From: Escherichia coli O127:H6 str. E2348/69
GTDB lineage: Bacteria; Pseudomonadota; Gammaproteobacteria; Enterobacterales; Enterobacteriaceae
Assembly: GCF_000026545.1 (NCBI RefSeq)
Contig: NC_011601.1
DNA: 64,000 nucleotides
Strand: one strand, 5' to 3'
This document shows positions 48,932 to 59,670 of this stretch, piece after piece. The position numbers were made by a program, and so were the translations under genes. The notes below the pieces were generated by a model. That model was not told where the DNA came from, did not search any database, and worked only from the letters and a program-made list of their open reading frames with translations. Positions within the stretch are counted from its first letter, which is position 1, and the number at the start of each line of letters is the position of its first letter.

Positions 48932-51433
48932 TTACAGTTCCAGTTCATGTTGCAGCAGGCTGGCGATAGCGTCGGCAGAGGCGGCGTTAACCAGCGCGTT
49001 ACGGAATTCTTCGTGCATGATGCGACGAGCGAGGCGCGAGAAAATGCGCATGTGCTGATCGCCCGCAGCATGTTTGTTCAGGGTTAACATAATGATGAAT
49101 TGCGCTTCATCATCGCCCCAGCGCACTGGCGCTTGCAGACGCGCTACGCTGATGGTGGATTGCTCAATGTGTTCCGATTTACTGTGGGGAATGGCGAAAC
49201 TAAAGCCCAGTCCGGTAGAGAAAACGGCCTCGCGCGCCCACAAGTCGGCTTCCAGTTTACGCGGATAGCGGCAGCGGCCCGCCAGCAGCAGGTTATCGGT
49301 CATGCCTTTGAGCACTTCTTCTTTGCTGCGCCAGTCGCTTTCCAGTGTGATGCACTCGGCGGTGACCAGCGGTGCGTCCTGTTGGGTCATGCGGAATTGC
49401 GCCAGCAGGTGTTCCACTTCCAGCGAAGTACGGCAGGCCATTGCCTGGTTGAGCAACTGGCGGCACTCACGGCTATCAAGTTGCGCCATCCGCGCTTTCG
49501 CCGCCGGAATTGATGGTGCGCTCATGCTGAGTTCATCCAGCCCTAAACCGACCAGCAACGGCAGCACGGAACCTTTCGCTCCCAGTTCACCGCACAGACC
49601 AATCCATTTGCCCTGGCGATGCACCGCCTGCACGGCGTAATCGAGCGCCCGCAAGAATGCTGGATTCAGGCTGTTATAGTGACGAGTAACCTTAGCGTTA
49701 TCGCGATCCACTGCCAGCAGATATTGCGTCAGGTCATTACTACCGATACTAAAGAAATCAATCTCTTCGCAGCATTGATCGATGATGAACATCACCGACG
49801 GCACTTCCAGCATAATGCCGAGCTGGATCTTCTCATCAAACGGAATGTGTTCGTTACGTAGTTGCTGTTTGGCTTCTGCCAGTTTTTCTTTTACCCATAA
49901 GATCTCTTCCATTGAGGAGATCATCGGGATCATGATTTTCAGGCTGCCGTGAGCGGAGGCACGGAGAATCGACCGTAGTTGTGTGGTAAATAACGACGCG
50001 TACTCTTCATAAATACGCACGGCGCGATAACCGAGGAACGGGTTAGCTTCTGCGGGAATGTTCAGATAATCAACGGGTTTGTCACCGCCAATATCCATAG
50101 TGCGCACAATAATGCTGCGTCCGTTGGCGGACTCCAGCGCCTGACAAAAAATGTTGTACAGCTCGCTTTCGCCCGGTGCACTGGTGCGATCCATATAGAG
50201 CATTTCAGTGCGGAATAAACCAACGCCTTCCGCACCATTGCCGAATGCGGCCTGCGCTTCCACGGAGTGAGCGATGTTAGCAGCAATTTCAATGCGGATA
50301 CCGTCAGCAGTACGGGCTTGTTGGGTCAGCCAGACACGCTGTTGCTCACGCAGGGCGTCCTGTACGCGGGCTTCCTGCTGATAATAACGAGCTACGGCTT
50401 CCCCTGGCTCAACCACAATCGCCCCAGCGTTGCCGTCGATATAAATCGTTTGATGCTGCCACGGAGTGAGGGCATCAATATCCACACCAACCAGCGTCGG
50501 AATGTTGAACGAACGGGCAAGGATCACCGTATGTGAGGTGGTGCCGCCGCTTTTGAGCAACAATCCTTTGAGGTGATTTTTATCCAGTTCGAGGAACTGG
50601 CTGGGGGTCAGTTCATCAGCCATACAAATGGCGGGCTGCGTCAGTTTGCCCGGTGCCGGGAAGCGTTGCTCACCGTAGATTTGCTGGAGTAACTGGAAGC
50701 AGACGTCGCGTACGTCCAGCGCACGTTCTTGCAGGTAGCTGCTGCTGGAACGGGCGAACTCTTCGCAAAAGTGATTCGCACTGGCGACAATTGCTTCGGC
50801 GCAGCTTAATCCGGCGCTGACGCCTGCCAGTAAATGTTCGCGCAGGGAAGTATCGCCAGCCAGGGATCGGTGCGCTTCCAGAATCGCGCTGGTAGCACCG
50901 TCGCTATCCAGCAGACGAAACTCAATGTTTTTCAGTACCAGCGTCAGGCCGTTTTCCAGCGCGGATTGCTCGGCGTCAACGCCTTTGGCAGCGGGAAGAT
51001 TACCCAGCGCATTGAGATCTAAAGAAGAGATCGGCGTCAGAATGCCGCCTGCGCTACCGCTGCACACGGTGCGGGCACGGATAATTTGCGGATTCAGATT
51101 GGTCAGTGAAACCGGCAGTGGTTCCAGTTCGTCAGATTTTACTTCCGCCAGCGGTGCGTCGCAGTGGGGGAATTCATCGCGCAGCCATTGGCTTAAACGC
51201 TGGTGCGCTTCCTGTTCGTCGGCCCCGGAAATCAGTAACTGGCAGTTATCGCCCACCAGCGTATCGGTGCCAATCAGCGCAAGGGCGCTTTTGGCGTTGC
51301 CCTTGCGGTCAGTGCGCAGGTTATGCCACTCAATTTGTGATGAAAAAGTATTACACAGCGTTTCAACGTGGCTTGCCGGACGCGCATGGACGCCGTTAGG
51401 TAGCTCACAAATAAATTCCACAATCAGGGCCAT
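48932..51433 (-). CDS. ptsA: Multiphosphoryl transfer protein PtsA (fused EI / HPr / EIIA of the Frw PTS)
   Basis: 833-aa ORF; N-terminal HPr-like region, central Enzyme I domain, C-terminal EIIA-like region. Confidence 0.92.
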   Translation of the reverse strand: MALIVEFICELPNGVHARPASHVETLCNTFSSQIEWHNLRTDRKGNAKSALALIGTDTLVGDNCQLLISGADEQEAHQRLSQWLRDEFPHCDAPLAEVKSDELEPLPVSLTNLNPQIIRARTVCSGSAGGILTPISSLDLNALGNLPAAKGVDAEQSALENGLTLVLKNIEFRLLDSDGATSAILEAHRSLAGDTSLREHLLAGVSAGLSCAEAIVASANHFCEEFARSSSSYLQERALDVRDVCFQLLQQIYGEQRFPAPGKLTQPAICMADELTPSQFLELDKNHLKGLLLKSGGTTSHTVILARSFNIPTLVGVDIDALTPWQHQTIYIDGNAGAIVVEPGEAVARYYQQEARVQDALREQQRVWLTQQARTADGIRIEIAANIAHSVEAQAAFGNGAEGVGLFRTEMLYMDRTSAPGESELYNIFCQALESANGRSIIVRTMDIGGDKPVDYLNIPAEANPFLGYRAVRIYEEYASLFTTQLRSILRASAHGSLKIMIPMISSMEEILWVKEKLAEAKQQLRNEHIPFDEKIQLGIMLEVPSVMFIIDQCCEEIDFFSIGSNDLTQYLLAVDRDNAKVTRHYNSLNPAFLRALDYAVQAVHRQGKWIGLCGELGAKGSVLPLLVGLGLDELSMSAPSIPAAKARMAQLDSRECRQLLNQAMACRTSLEVEHLLAQFRMTQQDAPLVTAECITLESDWRSKEEVLKGMTDNLLLAGRCRYPRKLEADLWAREAVFSTGLGFSFAIPHSKSEHIEQSTISVARLQAPVRWGDDEAQFIIMLTLNKHAAGDQHMRIFSRLARRIMHEEFRNALVNAASADAIASLLQHELEL

Positions 51434-51741
51434 TGCCTTTCTCCCGGTACGGTTTTCTGTTTACAGGATAAGAGCGCACGGCAACGGCCTACCATGTGAC
51501 AAATCTGCCAAAAGCTGGACAAATGTAATGTAACCGTCAATTTGCGACGCGTCTCACAAGACGCCGTTTTGCGGTGTACTTCCGGATTATCGCAAGTTAT
51601 GAGGCGGATCGCATTTTTGTACTGATATTACAAAAGTCCAGTAAATGGCCTTTTTATCCACTGTTTGCTCCGCCTGCGATTGCCTATTGTTTCTTCCATC
51701 AAAAATATGGACATGGGCTTTCGCAAGCCCGGGAGCAGCTT

Positions 51742-52821
51742 ATGAATGAGTTGGTGCAGATCCTGAAAAATACCCGTCAGCATTTAATGACGGGCGTTTC
51801 ACACATGATTCCCTTCGTGGTATCGGGCGGTATTTTGCTGGCGGTTTCCGTCATGTTGTATGGCAAAGGCGCAGTGCCGGATGCCGTTGCCGATCCGAAT
51901 CTGAAAAAACTGTTTGATATCGGCGTTGCAGGTTTGACGCTGATGGTGCCTTTCCTCGCCGCTTACATCGGTTATTCCATTGCAGAACGTTCTGCGCTGG
52001 CTCCATGCGCTATCGGTGCCTGGGTTGGTAACAGCTTTGGTGCGGGCTTCTTTGGTGCACTGATCGCCGGGATTATCGGGGGCATCGTGGTGCATTACCT
52101 GAAGAAAATTCCGGTGCATAAAGTTCTGCGCTCGGTGATGCCTATCTTCATCATTCCTATCGTCGGCACACTGATTACCGCAGGCATCATGATGTGGGGC
52201 TTGGGCGAGCCTGTAGGGGCGTTGACCAACAGCCTGACTCAGTGGCTTCAGGGGATGCAGCAGGGCAGCATTGTTATGCTGGCGGTGATCATGGGTCTGA
52301 TGCTGGCGTTCGATATGGGCGGTCCGGTTAACAAAGTGGCCTATGCCTTCATGCTGATTTGCGTTGCTCAGGGTGTTTATACCGTGGTGGCCATTGCTGC
52401 CGTGGGGATTTGTGTTCCGCCGCTGGGGATGGGGCTGGCGACGCTGATTGGTCGTAAAAATTTCTCCGCAGAAGAGCGCGAAACCGGTAAAGCGGCGCTG
52501 GTGATGGGGTGCGTTGGCGTTACTGAAGGGGCGATTCCTTTCGCCGCTGCCGATCCGCTGCGTGTTATTCCTTCCATCATGATCGGTTCAGTTTGTGGTG
52601 CAGTAACTGCGGCGCTGGTCGGTGCGCAGTGCTATGCAGGCTGGGGTGGTCTGATTGTGCTGCCGGTGGTTGAAGGCAAGCTGGGTTATATCGCAGCAGT
52701 GGCTGTCGGAGCAGTGGTGACGGCTGTTTGTGTGAACGTGCTGAAAAGTCTGGCGCGTAAAAATGGGTCTTCGACTGATGAAAAAGAAGACGACCTGGAT
52801 TTGGATTTTGAAATTAATTAA
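51742..52821 (+). CDS. frwC: Fructose-like PTS permease EIIC component
   Basis: ORF 51574..52821; internal start MNELVQILKNTRQHLMTGVSHMIPFVV gives 359 aa. Confidence 0.9.
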   Translation: MNELVQILKNTRQHLMTGVSHMIPFVVSGGILLAVSVMLYGKGAVPDAVADPNLKKLFDIGVAGLTLMVPFLAAYIGYSIAERSALAPCAIGAWVGNSFGAGFFGALIAGIIGGIVVHYLKKIPVHKVLRSVMPIFIIPIVGTLITAGIMMWGLGEPVGALTNSLTQWLQGMQQGSIVMLAVIMGLMLAFDMGGPVNKVAYAFMLICVAQGVYTVVAIAAVGICVPPLGMGLATLIGRKNFSAEERETGKAALVMGCVGVTEGAIPFAAADPLRVIPSIMIGSVCGAVTAALVGAQCYAGWGGLIVLPVVEGKLGYIAAVAVGAVVTAVCVNVLKSLARKNGSSTDEKEDDLDLDFEIN

Positions 52822-52835
52822 TTGAGGAACGAGCC

Positions 52836-53156
52836 ATGACGAAAATTATTGCAGTAACCGCGTGTCCATCTGGTGTTGCCCATACCTATATGGCGGCAGA
52901 GGCGCTGGAAAGTGCCGCGAAAGCGAAAGGCTGGGAAGTGAAAGTAGAAACCCAGGGCTCGATTGGTCTGGAAAATGAACTGACTGCGGAAGACGTGGCG
53001 AGCGCCGATATGGTGATTCTGACCAAAGATATCGGCATCAAGTTTGAAGAGCGTTTTGCTGGCAAGACCATCGTGCGCGTCAACATCAGCGACGCGGTAA
53101 AACGCGCTGATGCCATTATGAGCAAAATTGAAGCTCACCTGGCACAAACTGCTTAA
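52836..53156 (+). CDS. frwB: Fructose-like PTS EIIB component
   Basis: 106-aa ORF MTKIIAVTACPSGVAHTYMAAEALE (phosphorylatable Cys). Confidence 0.9.
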   Translation: MTKIIAVTACPSGVAHTYMAAEALESAAKAKGWEVKVETQGSIGLENELTAEDVASADMVILTKDIGIKFEERFAGKTIVRVNISDAVKRADAIMSKIEAHLAQTA

Positions 53157-53164
53157 GTTCTTAT

Positions 53165-53190
53165 CCCGCCCGTAAGGGCGGGTTCGCTTT
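53165..53190 (+). terminator. Hairpin downstream of frwB (candidate intra-operon attenuator/terminator)
   Basis: CCCGCCC-GTAA-GGGCGGG followed by a T-poor tail (TTCGCTTTCCC); weak terminator at best. Confidence 0.35.
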
Positions 53191-53206
53191 CCCACAGGAG
53201 TTCCTC

Positions 53207-55504
53207 ATGACGAATCGTATCTCTCGCCTCAAAACTGCACTGTTTGCCAATACCCGTGAAATCTCGCTGGAGCGGGCGTTGCTTTATACCGCCAGCCATC
53301 GGCAAACCGAAGGGGAGCCGGTGATAATGCGTCGGGCGAAAGCAACAGCGTATATCCTTGAACACGTTGAAATTTCGATTCGTGATGAAGAACTGATTGC
53401 CGGTAACCGCACCGTAAAACCACGCGCCGGGATTATGTCGCCGGAAATGGACCCTTACTGGCTGCTGAAAGAGCTGGATCAATTCCCGACGCGTCCGCAG
53501 GACCGCTTTGCTATCAGCGAAGAAGATAAACGTATCTACCGCGAAGAGTTGTTCCCGTACTGGGAAAAACGTTCGATGAAAGATTTCATCAACGGGCAGA
53601 TGACGGATGAAGTAAAAGCCGCGACCAGCACGCAGATTTTCAGCATCAACCAGACGGATAAAGGCCAGGGGCACATTATTATTGATTACCCGCGCCTGCT
53701 GAATCACGGGCTGGGGGAGCTGGTGGCACAGATGCAGCAACATTGTCAGCAACAGCCGGAGAATCACTTTTATCAGGCAGCGCTGTTACTGCTGGAAGCC
53801 TCGCAGAAACATATTTTGCGTTACGCCGAACTGGCGGAAACGATGGCGGCAAGCTGCACTGATGGCCCGCGTCGCGAAGAACTGCTGACCATTGCGGAGA
53901 TCTCCCGCCATAACGCCGAACATAAGCCGCAGACGTTCTGGCAGGCGTGCCAGTTATTCTGGTACATGAACATCATTCTGCAATACGAATCCAACGCCAG
54001 TTCGCTATCGTTGGGGCGCTTCGACCAGTATATGTTGCCGTTCTATCAGGCATCATTAACCCAGGGCGAAGATCCGGCATTCCTGAAAGAACTGCTCGAA
54101 TCTTTATGGGTGAAATGCAACGACATCGTGCTGTTGCGCTCCACCAGTAGCGCGCGTTATTTCGCAGGTTTCCCTACCGGCTATACCGCACTGCTCGGCG
54201 GGTTAACCGAGAACGGACGTAGCGCGGTGAACGTGCTTTCGTTCCTTTGCCTTGACGCTTATCAAAGCGTGCAATTACCGCAACCGAACCTCGGCGTGCG
54301 CACTAACGCCTTGATCGACACGCCGTTCCTGATGAAAACCGCAGAAACCATTCGCCTCGGCACCGGTATTCCGCAAATCTTTAACGATGAAGTGGTGGTG
54401 CCAGCGTTCCTCAACCGTGGCGTTTCGCTGGAAGATGCGCGCGACTATTCCGTAGTGGGCTGTGTGGAATTATCTATTCCCGGCAGAACCTACGGCTTGC
54501 ATGACATCGCGATGTTTAATCTGCTGAAAGTGATGGAAATCTGCCTGCATGAAAATGAAGGCAATGCTGCGCTGACTTATGAAGGTTTACTGGAGCAGAT
54601 CCGCGCCAAGATCAGCCACTACATCACCCTGATGGTTGAGGGCAGCAATATTTGCGATATCGGTCACCGTGACTGGGCACCTGTACCGCTGCTCTCATCG
54701 TTTATCAGCGATTGTCTGGAAAAAGGCCGCGATATTACCGATGGCGGTGCGCGTTATAACTTCTCCGGCGTACAGGGGATCGGTATCGCCAACCTGAGCG
54801 ATTCTCTCCATGCGTTGAAAGGTATGGTTTTTGAGCAACAGCGTTTAAGTTTTGACGAATTGCTGTCGGTATTAAAAGCCAACTTCGCAACGCCAGAAGG
54901 CGAAAAAGTCCGTGCTCGCTTAATTAACCGCTTCGAGAAATACGGTAACGATATCGACGAGGTGGATAACATCAGCGCCGAACTGTTACGCCACTACTGC
55001 AAAGAAGTGGAAAAATACCAGAACCCGCGCGGCGGCTACTTCACGCCGGGATCGTATACCGTTTCTGCTCACGTCCCGTTGGGATCGGTGGTTGGCGCGA
55101 CGCCAGACGGTCGTTTTGCCGGAGAACAGCTGGCAGACGGCGGCTTGTCACCCATGCTGGGCCAGGACGCACAAGGGCCAACAGCGGTACTGAAGTCAGT
55201 CAGTAAGCTCGATAATACGCTGCTGTCTAACGGTACGTTGCTGAACGTGAAATTCACTCCGGCGACCCTGGAAGGTGAAGCGGGATTACGCAAACTGGCC
55301 GACTTCTTACGGGCGTTTACCCAGCTTAAGTTGCAGCATATTCAGTTTAACGTGGTGAACGCCGACACGTTGCGGGAAGCGCAACAGCGCCCACAAGATT
55401 ATGCCGGGCTGGTGGTGCGCGTTGCCGGATACAGCGCCTTCTTTGTCGAATTGTCGAAGGAGATCCAGGATGACATCATCCGCCGGACAGCGCATCAGCT
55501 GTAA
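53207..55504 (+). CDS. pflD: Glycyl-radical enzyme, pyruvate formate-lyase-like (formate acetyltransferase 2)
   Basis: 765-aa ORF ending with the glycyl-radical motif region (RVAGYSAFFVELSKEIQDDIIRR). Confidence 0.93.
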   Translation: MTNRISRLKTALFANTREISLERALLYTASHRQTEGEPVIMRRAKATAYILEHVEISIRDEELIAGNRTVKPRAGIMSPEMDPYWLLKELDQFPTRPQDRFAISEEDKRIYREELFPYWEKRSMKDFINGQMTDEVKAATSTQIFSINQTDKGQGHIIIDYPRLLNHGLGELVAQMQQHCQQQPENHFYQAALLLLEASQKHILRYAELAETMAASCTDGPRREELLTIAEISRHNAEHKPQTFWQACQLFWYMNIILQYESNASSLSLGRFDQYMLPFYQASLTQGEDPAFLKELLESLWVKCNDIVLLRSTSSARYFAGFPTGYTALLGGLTENGRSAVNVLSFLCLDAYQSVQLPQPNLGVRTNALIDTPFLMKTAETIRLGTGIPQIFNDEVVVPAFLNRGVSLEDARDYSVVGCVELSIPGRTYGLHDIAMFNLLKVMEICLHENEGNAALTYEGLLEQIRAKISHYITLMVEGSNICDIGHRDWAPVPLLSSFISDCLEKGRDITDGGARYNFSGVQGIGIANLSDSLHALKGMVFEQQRLSFDELLSVLKANFATPEGEKVRARLINRFEKYGNDIDEVDNISAELLRHYCKEVEKYQNPRGGYFTPGSYTVSAHVPLGSVVGATPDGRFAGEQLADGGLSPMLGQDAQGPTAVLKSVSKLDNTLLSNGTLLNVKFTPATLEGEAGLRKLADFLRAFTQLKLQHIQFNVVNADTLREAQQRPQDYAGLVVRVAGYSAFFVELSKEIQDDIIRRTAHQL

Positions 55505-56348
55505 CGTTGTGGAAACGCGCCGCAATGATGTGGCGCGCATTTTCAACATTCAGCGTTATTCACTGAATGACGGCGAGGGCATTCGTACGGTGGTCTTTTT
55601 TAAAGGCTGTCCACATCTTTGCCCGTGGTGTGCTAATCCGGAGTCGATCTCCGGCAAAATCCAGACTGTACGCAGAGAGGCGAAATGTCTGCACTGTGCG
55701 AAATGTTTGCGTGATGCGGATGAATGCCCCTCCGGTGCGTTTGAACGGATTGGTCGCGATATCAGCCTTGACGCTCTGGAACGGGAAGTGATGAAAGATG
55801 ACATTTTCTTTCGCACGTCCGGCGGCGGCGTCACGCTTTCTGGCGGCGAAGTGTTAATGCAGGCGGAGTTTGCTACTCTTTTTTTACAGCGGCTGCGGTT
55901 GTGGGGTGTGTCATGCGCCATCGAAACTGCCGGAGACGCGCCAGCCAGCAAGCTGTTACCGCTGGCGAAATTGTGCGATGAAGTGTTGTTCGATTTAAAA
56001 ATTATGGACGCGACTCAGGCGCGGGATGTGGTGAAGATGAACCTGCCACGCGTGCTGGAGAATCTGCGTTTGCTGGTGAGTGAGGGTGTCAACGTGATCC
56101 CGCGTTTACCGCTGATCCCCGGTTTCACGCTCAGTCGGGAGAATATGCAGCAGGCTCTGGACGTGCTGCTCCCGCTGAATATCAGGCAGATCCATCTGTT
56201 ACCGTTTCATCAGTACGGCGAACCGAAATACCGCCTGCTGGGGAAAACATGGTCGATGAAAGAGGTGCCTGCGCCGTCGTCAGCTGATGTGGCAACGATG
56301 CGCGAAATGGCAGAACGGGCCGGATTTCAGGTTACCGTGGGAGGTTAA
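55470..56348 (+). CDS. pflC: Glycyl-radical-enzyme activating enzyme (radical SAM)
   Basis: ORF 55401..56348; internal start MTSSAGQRISCNVVETRR gives 292 aa; CPHLCPWC radical-SAM cluster motif; overlaps the pflD 3' end. Confidence 0.9.
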   Translation: MTSSAGQRISCNVVETRRNDVARIFNIQRYSLNDGEGIRTVVFFKGCPHLCPWCANPESISGKIQTVRREAKCLHCAKCLRDADECPSGAFERIGRDISLDALEREVMKDDIFFRTSGGGVTLSGGEVLMQAEFATLFLQRLRLWGVSCAIETAGDAPASKLLPLAKLCDEVLFDLKIMDATQARDVVKMNLPRVLENLRLLVSEGVNVIPRLPLIPGFTLSRENMQQALDVLLPLNIRQIHLLPFHQYGEPKYRLLGKTWSMKEVPAPSSADVATMREMAERAGFQVTVGG

Positions 56349-56349
56349 A

Positions 56350-56691
56350 ATGGCATACCTGGTGGCAGTAACCGCCTGCGTCAGTGGCGTGGCGCATACT
56401 TATATGGCGGCGGAACGGCTGGAAAAGTTGTGCCTGTTAGAGAAGTGGGGCGTCAGCATTGAAACTCAGGGCGCGCTGGGAACGGAGAATCGTTTAGCGG
56501 ACGAGGATATCCGTCGGGCGGATGTTGCTCTGTTGATTACGGATATCGAGCTTGCCGGTGCCGAGCGATTTGAACATTGCCGCTACGTGCAATGCAGCAT
56601 CTACGCTTTCCTGCGTGAGCCGCAGCGGGTGATGAGCGCGGTACGCAAAGTGCTTTCTGCGCCGCAGCAAACCCATCTCATTCTGGAGTAG
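56350..56691 (+). CDS. frwD: Fructose-like PTS EIIB component 2
   Basis: ORF 56287..56691; internal start MAYLVAVTACVSGVAHTYMAAERLE gives 113 aa. Confidence 0.9.
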   Translation: MAYLVAVTACVSGVAHTYMAAERLEKLCLLEKWGVSIETQGALGTENRLADEDIRRADVALLITDIELAGAERFEHCRYVQCSIYAFLREPQRVMSAVRKVLSAPQQTHLILE

Positions 56692-57529
56692 TCGGTTTTT
56701 CTGTCAGTTGGCTGTGGTACTGCCGACGATATTCCGACGGCGAGCGTTCGGTATTTTTACGAAACAGACGGCAGAAGTAGTTGCTGTCGACAAAGCCGCA
56801 GGCGTGCGCCACTTCTTTTACCTTCAGGTCATAGCCTTTCAATAATGTCTTAGCGTGCTCCAGTCGCGTGTGATTCAGGTATTCGTTAAAACCAATGGCC
56901 CCCGTTTTTTGAAACAGGTGCGAGAGGTAATTTGGCGAAATATAGAACGCCTGTGCGACAGATTCGCGGGTAAGTGCGGAGGCATAGCGTTCGTCGATAT
57001 AATCACGAATAGCTTCGAATAGAGCCTGGCTGCGTGAGGCGGTCTGTATTTGGCTGCCGAGCAAATCGCGGCAGTGGCTAAGCAGGCTGGTGACGATAAG
57101 TCTGGCCGTTTGCTGCTCCTGCGACTGCATTTGCATTTCATTGAGCGTTTGTAGCAGAAAAGAACCAATGCGCGGGCCGCGTCGGGCGACGTGTTGCTTC
57201 GCCAGATTTTGATATTGTTTGCCATCCCATTGCACAACGCTGAAGCCGAGTTGCTGTTTGCCAAACAGCACGCTAAAGGTGGTGGCGGGGGCTTGCCATT
57301 GTGGAAAATTCCAGCCACCAGCAGGGACGTACAGCACATCGCCGGGAACTAACGCTGCTCCAGCGCCGGTATCAATAAACTCACCTTCCAGCACAATTTC
57401 CAGCCGTGGAAAATCGACCTGATACGCAAGATCGGGCACCGGGCCGTTGCTGCTGGCAAAGTAAATCTGGCGCAGGGACAGCGGGCCGTTGATCAGGCGG
57501 GAGAGCAGATAGCTGACGTCGTGATACAT
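56678..57529 (-). CDS. yijO: AraC-family transcriptional regulator YijO
   Basis: 283-aa ORF with C-terminal AraC-type HTH region. Confidence 0.88.
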   Translation of the reverse strand: MYHDVSYLLSRLINGPLSLRQIYFASSNGPVPDLAYQVDFPRLEIVLEGEFIDTGAGAALVPGDVLYVPAGGWNFPQWQAPATTFSVLFGKQQLGFSVVQWDGKQYQNLAKQHVARRGPRIGSFLLQTLNEMQMQSQEQQTARLIVTSLLSHCRDLLGSQIQTASRSQALFEAIRDYIDERYASALTRESVAQAFYISPNYLSHLFQKTGAIGFNEYLNHTRLEHAKTLLKGYDLKVKEVAHACGFVDSNYFCRLFRKNTERSPSEYRRQYHSQLTEKPTTPE

Positions 57530-57639
57530 GTTATTCCCTTAGGTATGTAGACGGGAAAACAGTAACTGGCATTATGAAAAAAGGCCACCTGAAAAGTGTG
57601 GCCTGATGGGAGTGAGATGTAAACATTGCGGCAGTTTCA

Positions 57640-57740
<101 letters not shown>

Positions 57741-57754
57741 CATCTGGCTGATAA

Positions 57755-59488
57755 TTACTGATTACCCACCTGATCGCCATACGGCAGAGTGTCGTAATCG
57801 ATCAGTGCGTTTTTCTTATACGGGTTACCAATCCAGCGGGTAGTTTCTTTGAACTGCGGATTCACCACTGAACGGGTTGGATCGTAACCGTCGTAAGATA
57901 AGCCCGCCAAATCTGACCAGGTGTGGATCAGTTCCGCCAGGCTGTATTTACGATCAACATCCTGTGAGAAATCACGCGGATGAGTCGCTTGCCATTTTTC
58001 TGACGTCCACAGCAGGAACGGAATGGTGTACATATGACGCGTCGGGTTGTCTTCATTACGCCCCTGAGTTTTGTGCGGCGGCGTGTCGTAAACCTCTTCA
58101 CCGTGGTCAGAGAAATAAACCAGGAAACCGTTCGGATCGGTCGCTTTAAAGTCTTTAATCAGGCTGGCAACCACGTGATCGTTGTACAGGTTAGCATTGT
58201 CATAATCATTATATGACTCCAGCTCTTCTGCGTTTAATCCCGGTGGAACATGCTCTGTATTACCGTCAAATTTGCCCTGATCTTCCGGATAACGGTACTT
58301 GTACTTGATATGCGTACCCAGCAGATGAACGATGATCAGTTTCTTCGGCGCAGGGTCCTTCAGCACTTCCTGGAACGGCTTCAGCACGTTGGTGTCATAT
58401 TCACGCGCACTCTGCGTACGTTGCTGGTTCATGTAGTACTGCTTGTCGGTCTGGCGCGAAAATACCGTCAGCATGGTATTGCGGGCGGTCATCGTCTGCT
58501 GGTTGGTGATCCAGAAGGTTTTATAACCCGCCTGTTTCATCATGTTCATCAGCGACGGATGCGTCAGATACAGATCCGGGTTCTTTTCATTGGCAAAGGT
58601 CAGCGCCTGTTGCAGGATTTCAATGGTGTACGGACGAGACGTAACCACGTTATTAAACACGGTCAGATTCGGATCGGTTTTATGCAGCGCATCCAGCTCC
58701 GGCGTGGTTTCACGCGGATAACCGTACAGACTCATGCGTCCACGCTGGGTCGATTCGCCAATTACCAGCACTAAGGTGCGCGGTTCGTTACCCGATTCAT
58801 CTTTGAAATTAGCCAGCGGCGGCAAGGCATTATTTTCATTCAGTAGCTTTGTTAGCGAGTTTAGTTGCTGACGATACTGATAATAGCCGGTCAGGAATTG
58901 CCACGGTGCGGCAGGCTCCATACGCGATGCCAGGTTACCCAACGTTTTCTCAAACGGCTTGTTCTTGATAAACGTATTCATGGCGATCGGATGCAGAATC
59001 AAGCCATAAAGCAGGGCAAAAGAGACAACATAACGCCACGGCTTTGGAATATAGACCGGGCGCAGGCGTGTCCACAGCAGAACTGCCACCGCCGTATAGG
59101 CCAGCGCGATAAGCACAATTTTCAGGCTGAAATACTGGCTTAAATACTCGCTGGCTTCGTTGGTGTTGGTTTCGAACATCACAAACAGAACGCTCTGCGA
59201 GAACTCCTGACCGTAGATGACGTAATAGCACAGCGCCGCCAGAGAGGCCGCCCATAGCACCACGCCGATCACTGCGGCAATAATTTTAATCCGCTTCGGA
59301 AAGAGGAATACCGGGATCAACCACAGCGAACTGAATAACAGCGAGTCGCGAATGCCGTTAGTGCCACTATAACCACTGATGTAAATAATGGCCTGTAGCA
59401 GAGTAGAGAAAAACCAAAAGTAGAGCAGTGCCCAACCCAGGGCTTTCCAGCTAAAAAGGGGTTTAGCCTGGACTTCTGTGGAATGCAT
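57755..59488 (-). CDS. eptC: Phosphoethanolamine transferase EptC (LPS core modification)
   Basis: ORF 57755..59533; internal start MHSTEVQAKPLFSWKALGWALLYFWFF gives 577 aa; N-terminal TM region plus sulfatase-like domain. Confidence 0.92.
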   Translation of the reverse strand: MHSTEVQAKPLFSWKALGWALLYFWFFSTLLQAIIYISGYSGTNGIRDSLLFSSLWLIPVFLFPKRIKIIAAVIGVVLWAASLAALCYYVIYGQEFSQSVLFVMFETNTNEASEYLSQYFSLKIVLIALAYTAVAVLLWTRLRPVYIPKPWRYVVSFALLYGLILHPIAMNTFIKNKPFEKTLGNLASRMEPAAPWQFLTGYYQYRQQLNSLTKLLNENNALPPLANFKDESGNEPRTLVLVIGESTQRGRMSLYGYPRETTPELDALHKTDPNLTVFNNVVTSRPYTIEILQQALTFANEKNPDLYLTHPSLMNMMKQAGYKTFWITNQQTMTARNTMLTVFSRQTDKQYYMNQQRTQSAREYDTNVLKPFQEVLKDPAPKKLIIVHLLGTHIKYKYRYPEDQGKFDGNTEHVPPGLNAEELESYNDYDNANLYNDHVVASLIKDFKATDPNGFLVYFSDHGEEVYDTPPHKTQGRNEDNPTRHMYTIPFLLWTSEKWQATHPRDFSQDVDRKYSLAELIHTWSDLAGLSYDGYDPTRSVVNPQFKETTRWIGNPYKKNALIDYDTLPYGDQVGNQ

Positions 59489-59670
59489 AGTAAGAACCTG
59501 TCTTGAAAAAAATATCGCCGAGTGTAACGACAATTCCTTAAGGATATCTGAAGGGATATCCAGATTTTGAATAAAATGCAGACAGAAATATATTGAAAAC
59601 GAGGGTGTTAGAACAGAAGTATTTCAGAAAACCCTCGCGCAAAAGCACGAGGGTTTGCAGGAGAGGAAGA

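Noticed and set aside
53153-53767. 204-aa minus-strand ORF spanning the frwB-pflD junction
   Set aside because: It overlaps the frwB 3' end and the pflD 5' coding region on the opposite strand, and its low-complexity composition suggests a spurious ORF.
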